This document shows, in pieces, positions 42,610-50,952 of a stretch of 64,000 nucleotides of DNA (position 1 is the first letter of the stretch; the number at the start of each line of letters is the position of its first letter). The notes below the pieces were generated by a model that made no database searches, had not been told where the DNA came from, and worked only from the letters and a program-made list of their open reading frames with translations. The DNA lies in assembly GCA_035285545.1 (NCBI GenBank), contig JAYKGY010000104.1, positions 146,650-210,649 on the forward strand, read 5' to 3'. A program made the translations under genes and the position numbers. Source of the stretch: Snowella sp. Its GTDB lineage: Bacteria; Cyanobacteriota; Cyanobacteriia; Cyanobacteriales; Microcystaceae.

Positions 42610-42676
42610 TAACCATCAATTATTCACTATTCACTATTCACTATTCACTACTCACTATTAACTATTAACTATTCAC
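42610..42676. repeat. Heptamer tandem repeat (TATTCAC/TATTAAC)8, inverted relative to the 42321 array
   Basis: Eight units at 42621-42676, preceded by TAACCATCAA, the reverse complement of TTGATGGTTA at 42380. Confidence 0.9.
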
Positions 42677-44183
42677 TCTCTTTTTGTGGGTTTTGGTCAT
42701 CAGGCAGATCAATAAATACCCGTTGCCCTGAATCTAATCCAGATAAGATTTGCGTTTTATCATCAACGGTTAAGCCAATGGTGACGGATTGAAATTTAGG
42801 CTCATTGTCAACGCCTGGAACCATGACCCCTTTTTTTCCCGCCAAGCTAACAATAGCAACACTGGGCACGGTTAAGGTATTGGTTAACTCCTCACCAATA
42901 AAAGTCACATCGGCATTCATTTTGGAGCGCAGTTGGTCTTGTCCATTGATTAATCCCACCGTTACTTCAAAGGAGGTGACATTGTTTTCAATAATGGCTT
43001 CGGGGGCAATGCGAACCACTTTGCCTTGAAAGGTTTCATTCGGAAAGGCATCTGCTACGATGGTTGCCGGTTGACCGAGTTTTAGACCAGAAATATCAAC
43101 TTCAGGTACTTTCGCGACGACTTCTAAGCCTCTCGCCAGAGCTAGGATAGACGTTGAGGTTGCAGAAGCGGTGCTGGAAGCAGAGGTTGTCGGGGTTACA
43201 AATGAGCCTGGGGTCGCGTATTTTTGGGTAATAATTCCTGCAAAGGGAGCGGTAATAATGGTGTCTTGGTATTGGATTTTAACTCGTTCTAAATCGGCTT
43301 GGGCAGCAGCAGCGGCGGCTTTAAGAGCATTGAGTTCAGATTTTGCAGTAAATTGACGTTGTTCTAGGGCGGCAATTCTTCCTTCTAAGGCCCGTTGGGA
43401 TTCGGCAACAGCAGCGCGTAATTGTTGAATTTGCTGCTCAATCTGGCTAATTTCGGGGGAAGCTGTGTTTTTAGCCTGGTCTAATTTTTGCAGAGACTCC
43501 ATTAAATTGGCTTTGGCGTTGAGGTAATCGTTGGAAACTTCGTCAAAGCGGTCTTGGGAAATGGCTCCTTCTTCAATTAAATTCTGATTGCGTTGAACCC
43601 GATTTTCAGCAAGCTGGAGTCTGGATTCAGCCGATTTTAATTGGGCACGAATTTGATCAATATCGCCAGGAATGCGGGCTTGGGCTTCTCGGAGTCGATC
43701 TTGAGCGATCGCGAGTTGGGAGCGGGATTGGGCAACTTTGGTTTGGGCTTGATTAACGTCGGCTTCTAACTGCTTAATTTCACTGGGAATTCGGATCTCT
43801 AATTCTTTATAACGGGCGATCGCCTCTTCAAAACGGGCTTGGGATTGCATTCCTTCGGCATAAACATCCCGATTTTCCATGACCGCTAATTTTTGCCCCC
43901 GCACTACGCGATCGCCTTGTTCGACAAACAATTCTAAAAGACGACCAGGGGTTTTGGGGCTAATGTTGACCGTTTGAATTGGTTGAATTGTTCCCGTTGC
44001 TTTAATCTCGACCTTGAGATTTTCACTCGTCGCCGGAACGGTTAGTTTGTCCAATTCAATGGAGGATTTGGGGGTGTGTACCAAACGGTAAGTGAGTCCA
44101 CCCACAGCAATAACCCCCACGCCTAATAGTGCGAGCAAAAAAGGAAGAGGTCTCTTCATGTTATCTAGCAGAGGAATATGCAT
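42669..44183 (-). CDS. Efflux periplasmic adaptor subunit (HlyD/MacA family)
   Basis: N-terminal TM, ISPKTPGRL..VEQGDRV, long coiled coil, ITAPFAG; start codon uncertain (44183 or 44198). Confidence 0.92.
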   Translation of the reverse strand: MHIPLLDNMKRPLPFLLALLGVGVIAVGGLTYRLVHTPKSSIELDKLTVPATSENLKVEIKATGTIQPIQTVNISPKTPGRLLELFVEQGDRVVRGQKLAVMENRDVYAEGMQSQARFEEAIARYKELEIRIPSEIKQLEADVNQAQTKVAQSRSQLAIAQDRLREAQARIPGDIDQIRAQLKSAESRLQLAENRVQRNQNLIEEGAISQDRFDEVSNDYLNAKANLMESLQKLDQAKNTASPEISQIEQQIQQLRAAVAESQRALEGRIAALEQRQFTAKSELNALKAAAAAAQADLERVKIQYQDTIITAPFAGIITQKYATPGSFVTPTTSASSTASATSTSILALARGLEVVAKVPEVDISGLKLGQPATIVADAFPNETFQGKVVRIAPEAIIENNVTSFEVTVGLINGQDQLRSKMNADVTFIGEELTNTLTVPSVAIVSLAGKKGVMVPGVDNEPKFQSVTIGLTVDDKTQILSGLDSGQRVFIDLPDDQNPQKESE

Positions 44184-44286
44184 AGATAATGATGACAAAG
44201 AATTTAAACAGTTGTTTCATCTATAGTAACGTTAAGATCGACGTAACGTTTTTTAAACAAGTCTTTACACGTAACATCTTTTCTGC

Positions 44287-45759
44287 ATGCTCCTTTCTGC
44301 CGACCGTTTAGAACAGTTTAAAAGCCGCTTTCAACAAAACTTACTTTTTGGCAACGAACCCACCCCAGAGTTATTCGCCATTTTGAGTGTCTATTTTGTC
44401 CAAGGAATTTTAGGACTTGCTCGATTAGCTGTTAGTTTTTTTCTCAAAGATGAACTAGGACTGACTCCTGCCCAAATGGGAGCCTTAACGGGTATTGCGG
44501 CCCTTCCTTGGATTATTAAACCATTATTTGGCTTACTGTCGGATGGTTTACCGATTTTTGGCTATCGTCGTCGTCCCTATTTAGTGCTATCGGGCTTTTT
44601 AGGCAGTTGTGCTTGGTTGGCGTTAGCGATCGCGGTGCATACGGTTTGGGCAGCAACATTGGCGTTATTGGTCAGTTCGCTTTCCGTTGCCGTCAGTGAT
44701 GTCATTGTCGATTCCATTGTGGTAGAACGGGCCCGTAAAGAATCTTTGGGGCAGGCAGGATCATTGCAGGCATTGACCTGGGGGATTTCGGCGATCGGCG
44801 GCTTAATTACGGCCTATTTCAGCGGTTTTCTCCTAGAACGGGTCAGCGTGCAAATGGTTTTTGGCATTAACTCCCTATTTCCCCTCATCGTCATCATGGC
44901 AGCGGGCTTTATCGCAGAAGAAAAACTTAGCCCCTTTCTCTCATCAACGGAAACCACTCAAACAAAAGCCCAAATTTCCCAACTTTGGAACGCAATTAAA
45001 CAAAAATCGATTTTTTTACCGACCTTATTTATTTTCTTGTGGCAAGCAACCCCTAGTGCCGATTCTGCTTTCTTTTTCTTTACAACGAATGAATTAGGCT
45101 TTGAGCCTGAATTTTTAGGCAAAGTTCGACTAGTAACCAGCTTAGCGGCTTTGGTGGGGATTGGAATTTATCAAAAATTTCTTAAAACTGTCCCTTTTCG
45201 CAAAATGCTGGGCTGGAGTACCGTTATTTCTTGCCTTCTCGGATTAACTGCCTTACTTTTGGTGACCCATACTAATCGTGCCTTGGGAATTGATGACCAC
45301 TGGTTTAGTCTGGGAGATAGTTTGATCCTGACTGTGATGGGACAAATTGCCTTTATGCCCGTACTGGTCATTTCTGCCCGTTTGTGCCCTCCTGGGATTG
45401 AAGCGACCCTATTTGCCCTTTTAATGTCGATTTGGAACCTGTCGGGGCTAGTTTCCTACGAAACGGGAGCCTTATTAACCCATTGGCTGGGGGTAACGGA
45501 GCATAATTTTGATCAGATGTGGTTATTAATTACCATCACCAATCTTTCAACCCTGCTTCCTTTGCCCCTCTTAGGCTGGCTACCGACGGGCGATCCCACA
45601 GAAGTGACTCCCGAAAATTCCCCAACGGTTGATTTGCCCTCTGTTGAAATGTTTGAACATCGTCCGGTGGGCACCTTAGCCGATCAAAACTTTTTACCTG
45701 AGTTTAGGACAGACTTTCCATCCCATCCTGAAATGAGTCAATCTGATACGTCCCCGTAG
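44287..45759 (+). CDS. Folate/biopterin (BT1/FBT) MFS transporter
   Basis: VYFVQG, PWIIKPLFG, GYRRRPY, ARLCPPGIEATLFALLMS. Confidence 0.93.
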   Translation: MLLSADRLEQFKSRFQQNLLFGNEPTPELFAILSVYFVQGILGLARLAVSFFLKDELGLTPAQMGALTGIAALPWIIKPLFGLLSDGLPIFGYRRRPYLVLSGFLGSCAWLALAIAVHTVWAATLALLVSSLSVAVSDVIVDSIVVERARKESLGQAGSLQALTWGISAIGGLITAYFSGFLLERVSVQMVFGINSLFPLIVIMAAGFIAEEKLSPFLSSTETTQTKAQISQLWNAIKQKSIFLPTLFIFLWQATPSADSAFFFFTTNELGFEPEFLGKVRLVTSLAALVGIGIYQKFLKTVPFRKMLGWSTVISCLLGLTALLLVTHTNRALGIDDHWFSLGDSLILTVMGQIAFMPVLVISARLCPPGIEATLFALLMSIWNLSGLVSYETGALLTHWLGVTEHNFDQMWLLITITNLSTLLPLPLLGWLPTGDPTEVTPENSPTVDLPSVEMFEHRPVGTLADQNFLPEFRTDFPSHPEMSQSDTSP

Positions 45760-45962
45760 GATAGCTCGGCAGGGTTCCCAAAAACACTTATTTAAACGCC
45801 TCTTGAAGAACTCCCTATCAATCAGGTTTGAGCAAAGCGCGATCGCGCCTGAGTCCGCTTAAATTTTGATGAACTTGGTTAAAATAGGGGGGGAATTAAG
45901 GCATTACTCATCTTTGAATCCCAAACTTATTTGGATGAGTATTTTTACCCTATCTATAGAGA

Positions 45963-46544
45963 ATGATTGTTGATGTTTTAGCGATTTTATCGGCTTCAGC
46001 CGCTGTTGGCATGAGAATAGCTATCCCGCTTTTAATTATTGGTTTATTACAAACGGATTTATGGTCTCAAGTTCCCCTTCTTTCTAGGATTAACCCCCAG
46101 GTTCTCATTGCTGTTCTCACCAGTTGGTCTTTATTTGAGCTATTTGGCTCTAAAAAATTATTAGGACAACGAATTTTACAAATCATTCAACTCTTTTTTA
46201 CCCCCTTTGTGGGGGGGCTTGTGGCGGTTACCGTGACCAAAATGGCCCAACTCAATATTCAACCCCTTTGGATAGTTGCAACCTTAGGAGCCTTATTTGC
46301 CTTAGCCCTTAAATTGGTTCAAATGGCGTGGTTTTTTCGACTGAGGGGAATTCCGCTTTGGGCTGTATTTCTTGAAGATATTCTCTGTGTTGTTTTAATT
46401 ATTTTTGCTTTCAAAGCCCCGATTAATGGTGGACTCATTGCCATGCTCTTATTTTGGTTAGCCATTCGGAGCACAACTAAATGGCGCAAGTGGTATTTAG
46501 AAGGAAAAAAAGCGCGATCGCCGAACCATCTTCCCCCCGATTAA
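45963..46544 (+). CDS. DUF4126-like membrane protein
   Basis: SAAVGMR, ELFGSK, FLEDIL; multi-TM. Confidence 0.75.
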   Translation: MIVDVLAILSASAAVGMRIAIPLLIIGLLQTDLWSQVPLLSRINPQVLIAVLTSWSLFELFGSKKLLGQRILQIIQLFFTPFVGGLVAVTVTKMAQLNIQPLWIVATLGALFALALKLVQMAWFFRLRGIPLWAVFLEDILCVVLIIFAFKAPINGGLIAMLLFWLAIRSTTKWRKWYLEGKKARSPNHLPPD

Positions 46545-46612
46545 ATTAAGTATTGATTCAGTGTCTTCACCTTGTTTAATCAGAACAAGTGCCGATATAA
46601 TGAGTCCAAGCT

Positions 46613-46684
46613 GCGGATGTAGTTCAGTGGTAGAACGTCACCTTCCCAAGGTGAATGTCGTGAGTTCGAGTCTCATCATCCGCT
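46613..46684 (+). tRNA. tRNA-Gly(CCC)
   Basis: Acceptor stem GCGGATG/CATCCGC, anticodon arm TCACC-TTCCCAA-GGTGA, GTTCGAG T-loop; TATAAT at 46596. Confidence 0.97.
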
Positions 46685-46825
46685 TGTTGTTGTACAGTGA
46701 TTAATTAGGGGAGTTTTTTTCACAGCGTTTTTTAATTAAGAGTGGTATCTAAATTTTAGGACGCTCACTTCCTTCTTTCCATTCAAACCCCAAGCTTTTC
46801 CCTCTTTCTTTTTAACTTTTGTTAG

Positions 46826-46936
46826 TCAATCAGAAATACTACTGCCTTGGGTGGAAATGCCATGTTTAGCTGCCTGCGCGATCGCGTTGGCTTCGGCATG
46901 AATCGCACAAGATGGCAGAGTATTAAAAGCAGTACA
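46826..46936 (-). pseudogene. Remnant of a dCMP deaminase (ComEB/DCTD family) gene
   Basis: Hand translation CTAFNTLPSCAIHAEANAIAQAAKHGISTQGSSISD*: has the HAE zinc motif, stops before PCxxC, and has no N-terminal half. Confidence 0.8.
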
Positions 46937-46994
46937 AGTTGCTGTAGTATTTTTAAGGGCGTTTTTGAAGTTGAATTTAACTAGGGTTTTGCGC

Positions 46995-47576
46995 GTGATT
47001 AAGAATGATATTTGGATTGCGTCAATGGCGGAAAAAGGAATGATTACGCCTTTTGAATCACAATTAGTTCGTAAAGTTGAAAATCTTCCAGTTATTTCTT
47101 ACGGTTTAAGCAGTTTTGGTTATGACATTAGGCTTTCACCTAACGATTTTCGTATTTTTAAACATATTCCAGGAACGGTTGTTGATCCCAAAAATTTCAA
47201 CCCTAATAACTTAGAAAGTAGCAATTTACAACAAGATAAAAATGGAAGTTTCTTTGTTTTACCTGCTCATTCTTATGGTTTAGGTGTTGCGTTAGAAAGA
47301 TTAGAAATTCCTGATAATATTAGTGTTTTGTGTATTGGAAAAAGTTCTTACGCAAGAATTGGATTAATTGCTAATTTAACACCTGCTGAAGCGGGATGGC
47401 GAGGACATTTAACGTTAGAGTTTTCTAATTCTTCTAGTGCTGATTGTAGAATATACGCAAATGAAGGAGTTGTTCAATTACTCTTTTTAGAAGGTGAACC
47501 TTGTTCCGTGAGCTATCATACTCGTCAAGGAAAATATCAAGATCAACCTGAAGAAGTTACGCTTGCAAGAGTTTAA
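46995..47576 (+). CDS. dcd: dCTP deaminase
   Basis: GTG start; SYGLSSFGYDIRL, GKSSYARIG, EAGWRGHLTLE, GKYQ. Confidence 0.95.
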   Translation: MIKNDIWIASMAEKGMITPFESQLVRKVENLPVISYGLSSFGYDIRLSPNDFRIFKHIPGTVVDPKNFNPNNLESSNLQQDKNGSFFVLPAHSYGLGVALERLEIPDNISVLCIGKSSYARIGLIANLTPAEAGWRGHLTLEFSNSSSADCRIYANEGVVQLLFLEGEPCSVSYHTRQGKYQDQPEEVTLARV

Positions 47577-47617
47577 TTTGTTTGAAAATTCAGATTGAAT
47601 TCTAAATTCAGAAAGCA

Positions 47618-48061
47618 CTATTCTTGGATAGTCATTCCTGTTGAGCCAAAGCCTCCAGAACCTCTAGATGTATCGCTAAGTTGATCAACTTCTTCAATTT
47701 CAACTCGAATAACGGGACAAATTACCATTTGAGCAATTTTCATCCCTTTTGTTACTTTAAATGATTCCTTGCCATGATTAATTAAAATCACACCAATTTC
47801 TCCTCGATAACCTTCATCAATTGTTCCAGGAGTATTTAAAACAGTAATTTGATGTTTAAGAGCTAATCCACTTCTGGGGCGAATTTGAGCTTCTGTTCCA
47901 TGTGGTAATTCTATAGCAATTCCTGTATGAATTAAAGAATTATGTCCTGGTAAGATATCGCATTCTTCAATAGAAATTAAATCAAGTCCCGAATCGTATG
48001 GATGGGAATAAGACGGTATAACTGAATCATTTTTTAATTTATATATTTTAATGATATTCAT
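47618..48061 (-). CDS. dut: Trimeric dUTPase
   Basis: All five motifs: [34 protein letters not shown]. Confidence 0.96.
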   Translation of the reverse strand: MNIIKIYKLKNDSVIPSYSHPYDSGLDLISIEECDILPGHNSLIHTGIAIELPHGTEAQIRPRSGLALKHQITVLNTPGTIDEGYRGEIGVILINHGKESFKVTKGMKIAQMVICPVIRVEIEEVDQLSDTSRGSGGFGSTGMTIQE

Positions 48062-48074
48062 AAATCACAAATAA

Positions 48075-48977
48075 TCAATATAATAGAGATATTATAGAAA
48101 CAATTGCCACTAAGAAGAAGACTAATGTGCCCGAACTTATAATTTCAGAGTTCTCTTTAATTTCATTCTTAAATGTAGCAAGATTATTTCCAAACTGTAC
48201 TATTAAGGCCGCAATTAACGCATTTTTGGCACCAGATAAACCATTTACAATGGTATTATACCAAGGATAATGATCTAGGTTTGATTTATAGTAAATTAAC
48301 AATGTAAATATTATTAGTTTTAACAAGAGAACTCCTGCCAAAATCAATGTAATTAAAAAATAATCTATCCAATTCTTTTTAAAATTTTGATATTCTAATG
48401 ATTGTTTCATTTTAAGCTTTAATGGTTTGACATATTTTCTAAAAGGCTCATCAAACCATTGTGATTCTATTGAGCTTAATTTATAATCTTTTAGTATTTC
48501 TGGTCTACCAGGACTATTATTATCTAAGCATGATGATTTTGTTTTTACGTAAAAAAACATGAGTGAAACAAAGGTATCTTTTTCAGGAACAATTTCAATT
48601 GTTTCGCTACTATGATTATGAACAGTAATTAATGAAGGGCCGATATATGCAGGATCTAAAGTAGTTCCAATATGCCCTAATCCTTTAGAAACCCAAGCTA
48701 CTTTGGAATGATAAGCTCCGCAGAGTTTAGAAGAAATCCAAATAGTTTCGTTGGTTTCTATTAAGGCTGTTGTATTTGGAAGAATAATAAGTTTGCCTGA
48801 ACTTTCGGGATCAGATTCATCTACTTGATATATGCTTTCTTTAGTTTCTAGACTCCATGCAAGCTTACTAGCAGTAAAATTATAACTAGCATTCTTGACA
48901 TTTTGTCCATCAAACGGATAGATTGCAATATTCTTTCCTAATTCTCGTTTGATATCTTGATCACTAAGAGCGGTCAT
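48075..48977 (-). CDS. Degenerate dCTP deaminase/dUTPase-fold protein with C-terminal transmembrane helices
   Basis: LSDQDI, IYPF, ASYNF, ETNE and LDPAYIG follow the Dcd fold; hydrophobic segments FLITLILAGVLLLKLIIFTLLIYY and LVFFLVAIVSIISLLY; GGAG RBS before the ATG at 48977. Confidence 0.75.
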   Translation of the reverse strand: MTALSDQDIKRELGKNIAIYPFDGQNVKNASYNFTASKLAWSLETKESIYQVDESDPESSGKLIILPNTTALIETNETIWISSKLCGAYHSKVAWVSKGLGHIGTTLDPAYIGPSLITVHNHSSETIEIVPEKDTFVSLMFFYVKTKSSCLDNNSPGRPEILKDYKLSSIESQWFDEPFRKYVKPLKLKMKQSLEYQNFKKNWIDYFLITLILAGVLLLKLIIFTLLIYYKSNLDHYPWYNTIVNGLSGAKNALIAALIVQFGNNLATFKNEIKENSEIISSGTLVFFLVAIVSIISLLY

Positions 48978-50463
48978 TAACAAACTCCAAAGGCTGATCT
49001 TGTTGATAGCTGTATGTCGAATTAGTTAAAGCAATTTCAGCTTTTTGTAATTCAGTCCCTAAGTATATTGCATGTTCAACCTCTAAACTAGGACAATTGG
49101 CTGCAATTTCCTGATAGAGTTTTTTGGCAGACTTACCTGAATAACAGTTAACTACTTCCCCTGAGCCTGGGGTTAAATGTTCAACTAGAATAGTATTATC
49201 CTGAATTGATATTAAAAAATTCCCTGTTGGATCAAGGTAATCTCGGTGTTTACAAATTTTTGTATATTCAGACTTAATAACTCGTTCTGCATGTTCCCAA
49301 CAATCGGAATAAATATGAGCTGATTGACTAATAATAATTAATGGGCCTAGCTTTAATTCATTTTCCTGATTTTGTGAAATTTGCTCAAGAATATGCTGCT
49401 GTAAGGCGCGTAACCCCATTGCATTAGCGGGCCAAGCAGAAAACATATCATTACTTCTAAAAGTTGCTGTCAAAGATAACTCATTATCTACAATCCTTAA
49501 CCAAATATGATTTAAGCAGGGTGGACTATCTGTATTTTCGTAATCATGCACATCCCATAGAGACATAACGACTCTTGATGAATCTAGCTCTTGACTTAAT
49601 TTATGAATGGCTTGCTGAATTTGATCCTTTCCAAACCAAGACCGTAAACGTTGGCCATAAGTATATTTAACTCCTTCTTGGTTAGGGGCATCATCTAAAA
49701 TTTGAGCAATATAATCTTGAATAAACTCTCGTTGAATCGGTAAATAATTGGGTTCAGGAAAATAGAAATTACTGGGTTCATCAGTGACGATCGCGGTTAA
49801 ATCAATTAACTCTTGCCACTGTCCGTATTGAGTTGGCCGAATGGTTCCTGTTGTTTTAATGCGATGGAGAATTTTAACCCAGGTTTCAGCAATGGTTTTT
49901 CCTTCGATGCGATGACCATAACGGGGGCCAGGTAAAACTGTTGGTACTGATTCCACTTGTGGGAATAATAATGATTCGCTCCAAGGTTCTAAGGGGGCTT
50001 GTGTTGCTAGTTCTTTAACGACTTTGACCGCATCCGCAATACTCGTTACCATCTCAACTTTAAGCGATCGCCGTAATTGCTCTAACACTTCTGCGGGAAT
50101 TTCGATATCAACGTAACCCGTAATTGGGGAATTAATGACCCAACAATCCCGACCTGTATCACTTTTCCCTGCCGTGAAACCCTGTTCAAAAAAATCAAAT
50201 AAACATTGACAACCACCCGCATTTTTATCTTCCCGTGTCGCGTTAAGAATCACCAGGTAACGTACATGGGGATTAGCCAATAAATTACGAATTAACGGGC
50301 TGATGCCTCTGGTGGGGCTGTAGAGATTGCCGATAACCGCATATTCTTCGGTTGCTAACTGTTTTGCTAGGGATTGCCGAACCGTCCACCCCGTAATAAG
50401 TGCCGTTTGTCCTTGGCCACAGAGAAGCTGATTGGGTTTGTAATGGGGCGTGTAGGTAAACAT
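48964..50463 (-). CDS. Thymidylate synthase (ThyA family) fused to N-terminal MtrA-like and C-terminal DUF4346-like domains
   Basis: YTYGQRL, PPCL, FRSNDMFSAWPAN, SAHIY; N-terminal GISPLIRNLLANPHVRYLVI; C-terminal DPTGNF...HAIYLGTELQKAEIAL...YQQD. Confidence 0.85.
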   Translation of the reverse strand: MFTYTPHYKPNQLLCGQGQTALITGWTVRQSLAKQLATEEYAVIGNLYSPTRGISPLIRNLLANPHVRYLVILNATREDKNAGGCQCLFDFFEQGFTAGKSDTGRDCWVINSPITGYVDIEIPAEVLEQLRRSLKVEMVTSIADAVKVVKELATQAPLEPWSESLLFPQVESVPTVLPGPRYGHRIEGKTIAETWVKILHRIKTTGTIRPTQYGQWQELIDLTAIVTDEPSNFYFPEPNYLPIQREFIQDYIAQILDDAPNQEGVKYTYGQRLRSWFGKDQIQQAIHKLSQELDSSRVVMSLWDVHDYENTDSPPCLNHIWLRIVDNELSLTATFRSNDMFSAWPANAMGLRALQQHILEQISQNQENELKLGPLIIISQSAHIYSDCWEHAERVIKSEYTKICKHRDYLDPTGNFLISIQDNTILVEHLTPGSGEVVNCYSGKSAKKLYQEIAANCPSLEVEHAIYLGTELQKAEIALTNSTYSYQQDQPLEFVNDRS

Positions 50464-50588
50464 GAAATTTTAAGTTATCTGAAGCGTGGAGAGATTATAA
50501 TAAATGTCTTTAGAGCAAGGCTGTGGAAGCCTTTTAATTTATATCATCATTAAGATAGCCTAACTGATAAGAATTTTTGAGGTATTTA

Positions 50589-50828
50589 ATGTTTTCCTCA
50601 GATAGTCAAAAGAAATTGTTAGAGAAAGCTAATCTATATCTAAGCCAAATTTCGGAAGATAACCTAAAGCTTGTTATTGATTTTTTAGCCTATTTACAAC
50701 AAAAAGAAGAAAAGGAGGCGACGGAAGAATTATTAGAGATTTCTGGGTTTGAACGAGAGCTACGAGAAGCAGAAGAAGAATTAAAACAAGGTGAAATAGT
50801 TACTCTACAAAGTATTTATCGCTCCTAA
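50589..50828 (+). CDS. Small antitoxin-like hypothetical protein
   Basis: DFLAYL..KE..EATEELLEISGF...AEEELKQGEIV, a pattern typical of cyanobacterial type II antitoxin-like ORFs. Confidence 0.55.
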   Translation: MFSSDSQKKLLEKANLYLSQISEDNLKLVIDFLAYLQQKEEKEATEELLEISGFERELREAEEELKQGEIVTLQSIYRS

Positions 50829-50952
50829 GCTTTTTCTCTTGTTGAAACTAAAATTTTGAAAAGCCTGAACTCAATGAATTAAACTCAACGTCATAATCTT
50901 CAATGAGTAGATAAAAACTATAACCGATTAACTTAAATCGATTACGTAGAAA

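Noticed and set aside
46995..47576. Known antiphage dCTP deaminase (AvcD-type)
   Set aside because: Those are kinase plus zinc-deaminase fusions; this is the housekeeping trimeric Dcd type.
48964..50463. Phage-type dCMP hydroxymethylase / DNA hypermodification cluster
   Set aside because: The specificity residue is Asn (dUMP type), and no nucleotide kinase, DNA glycosyltransferase or polymerase is adjacent.
46613..50900. Integrative element or prophage at tRNA-Gly
   Set aside because: No integrase, phage genes or duplicated tRNA 3' end were seen. CTCATCATCC matches near 53440 and 55005 are acidic codon runs within infB and nusA.
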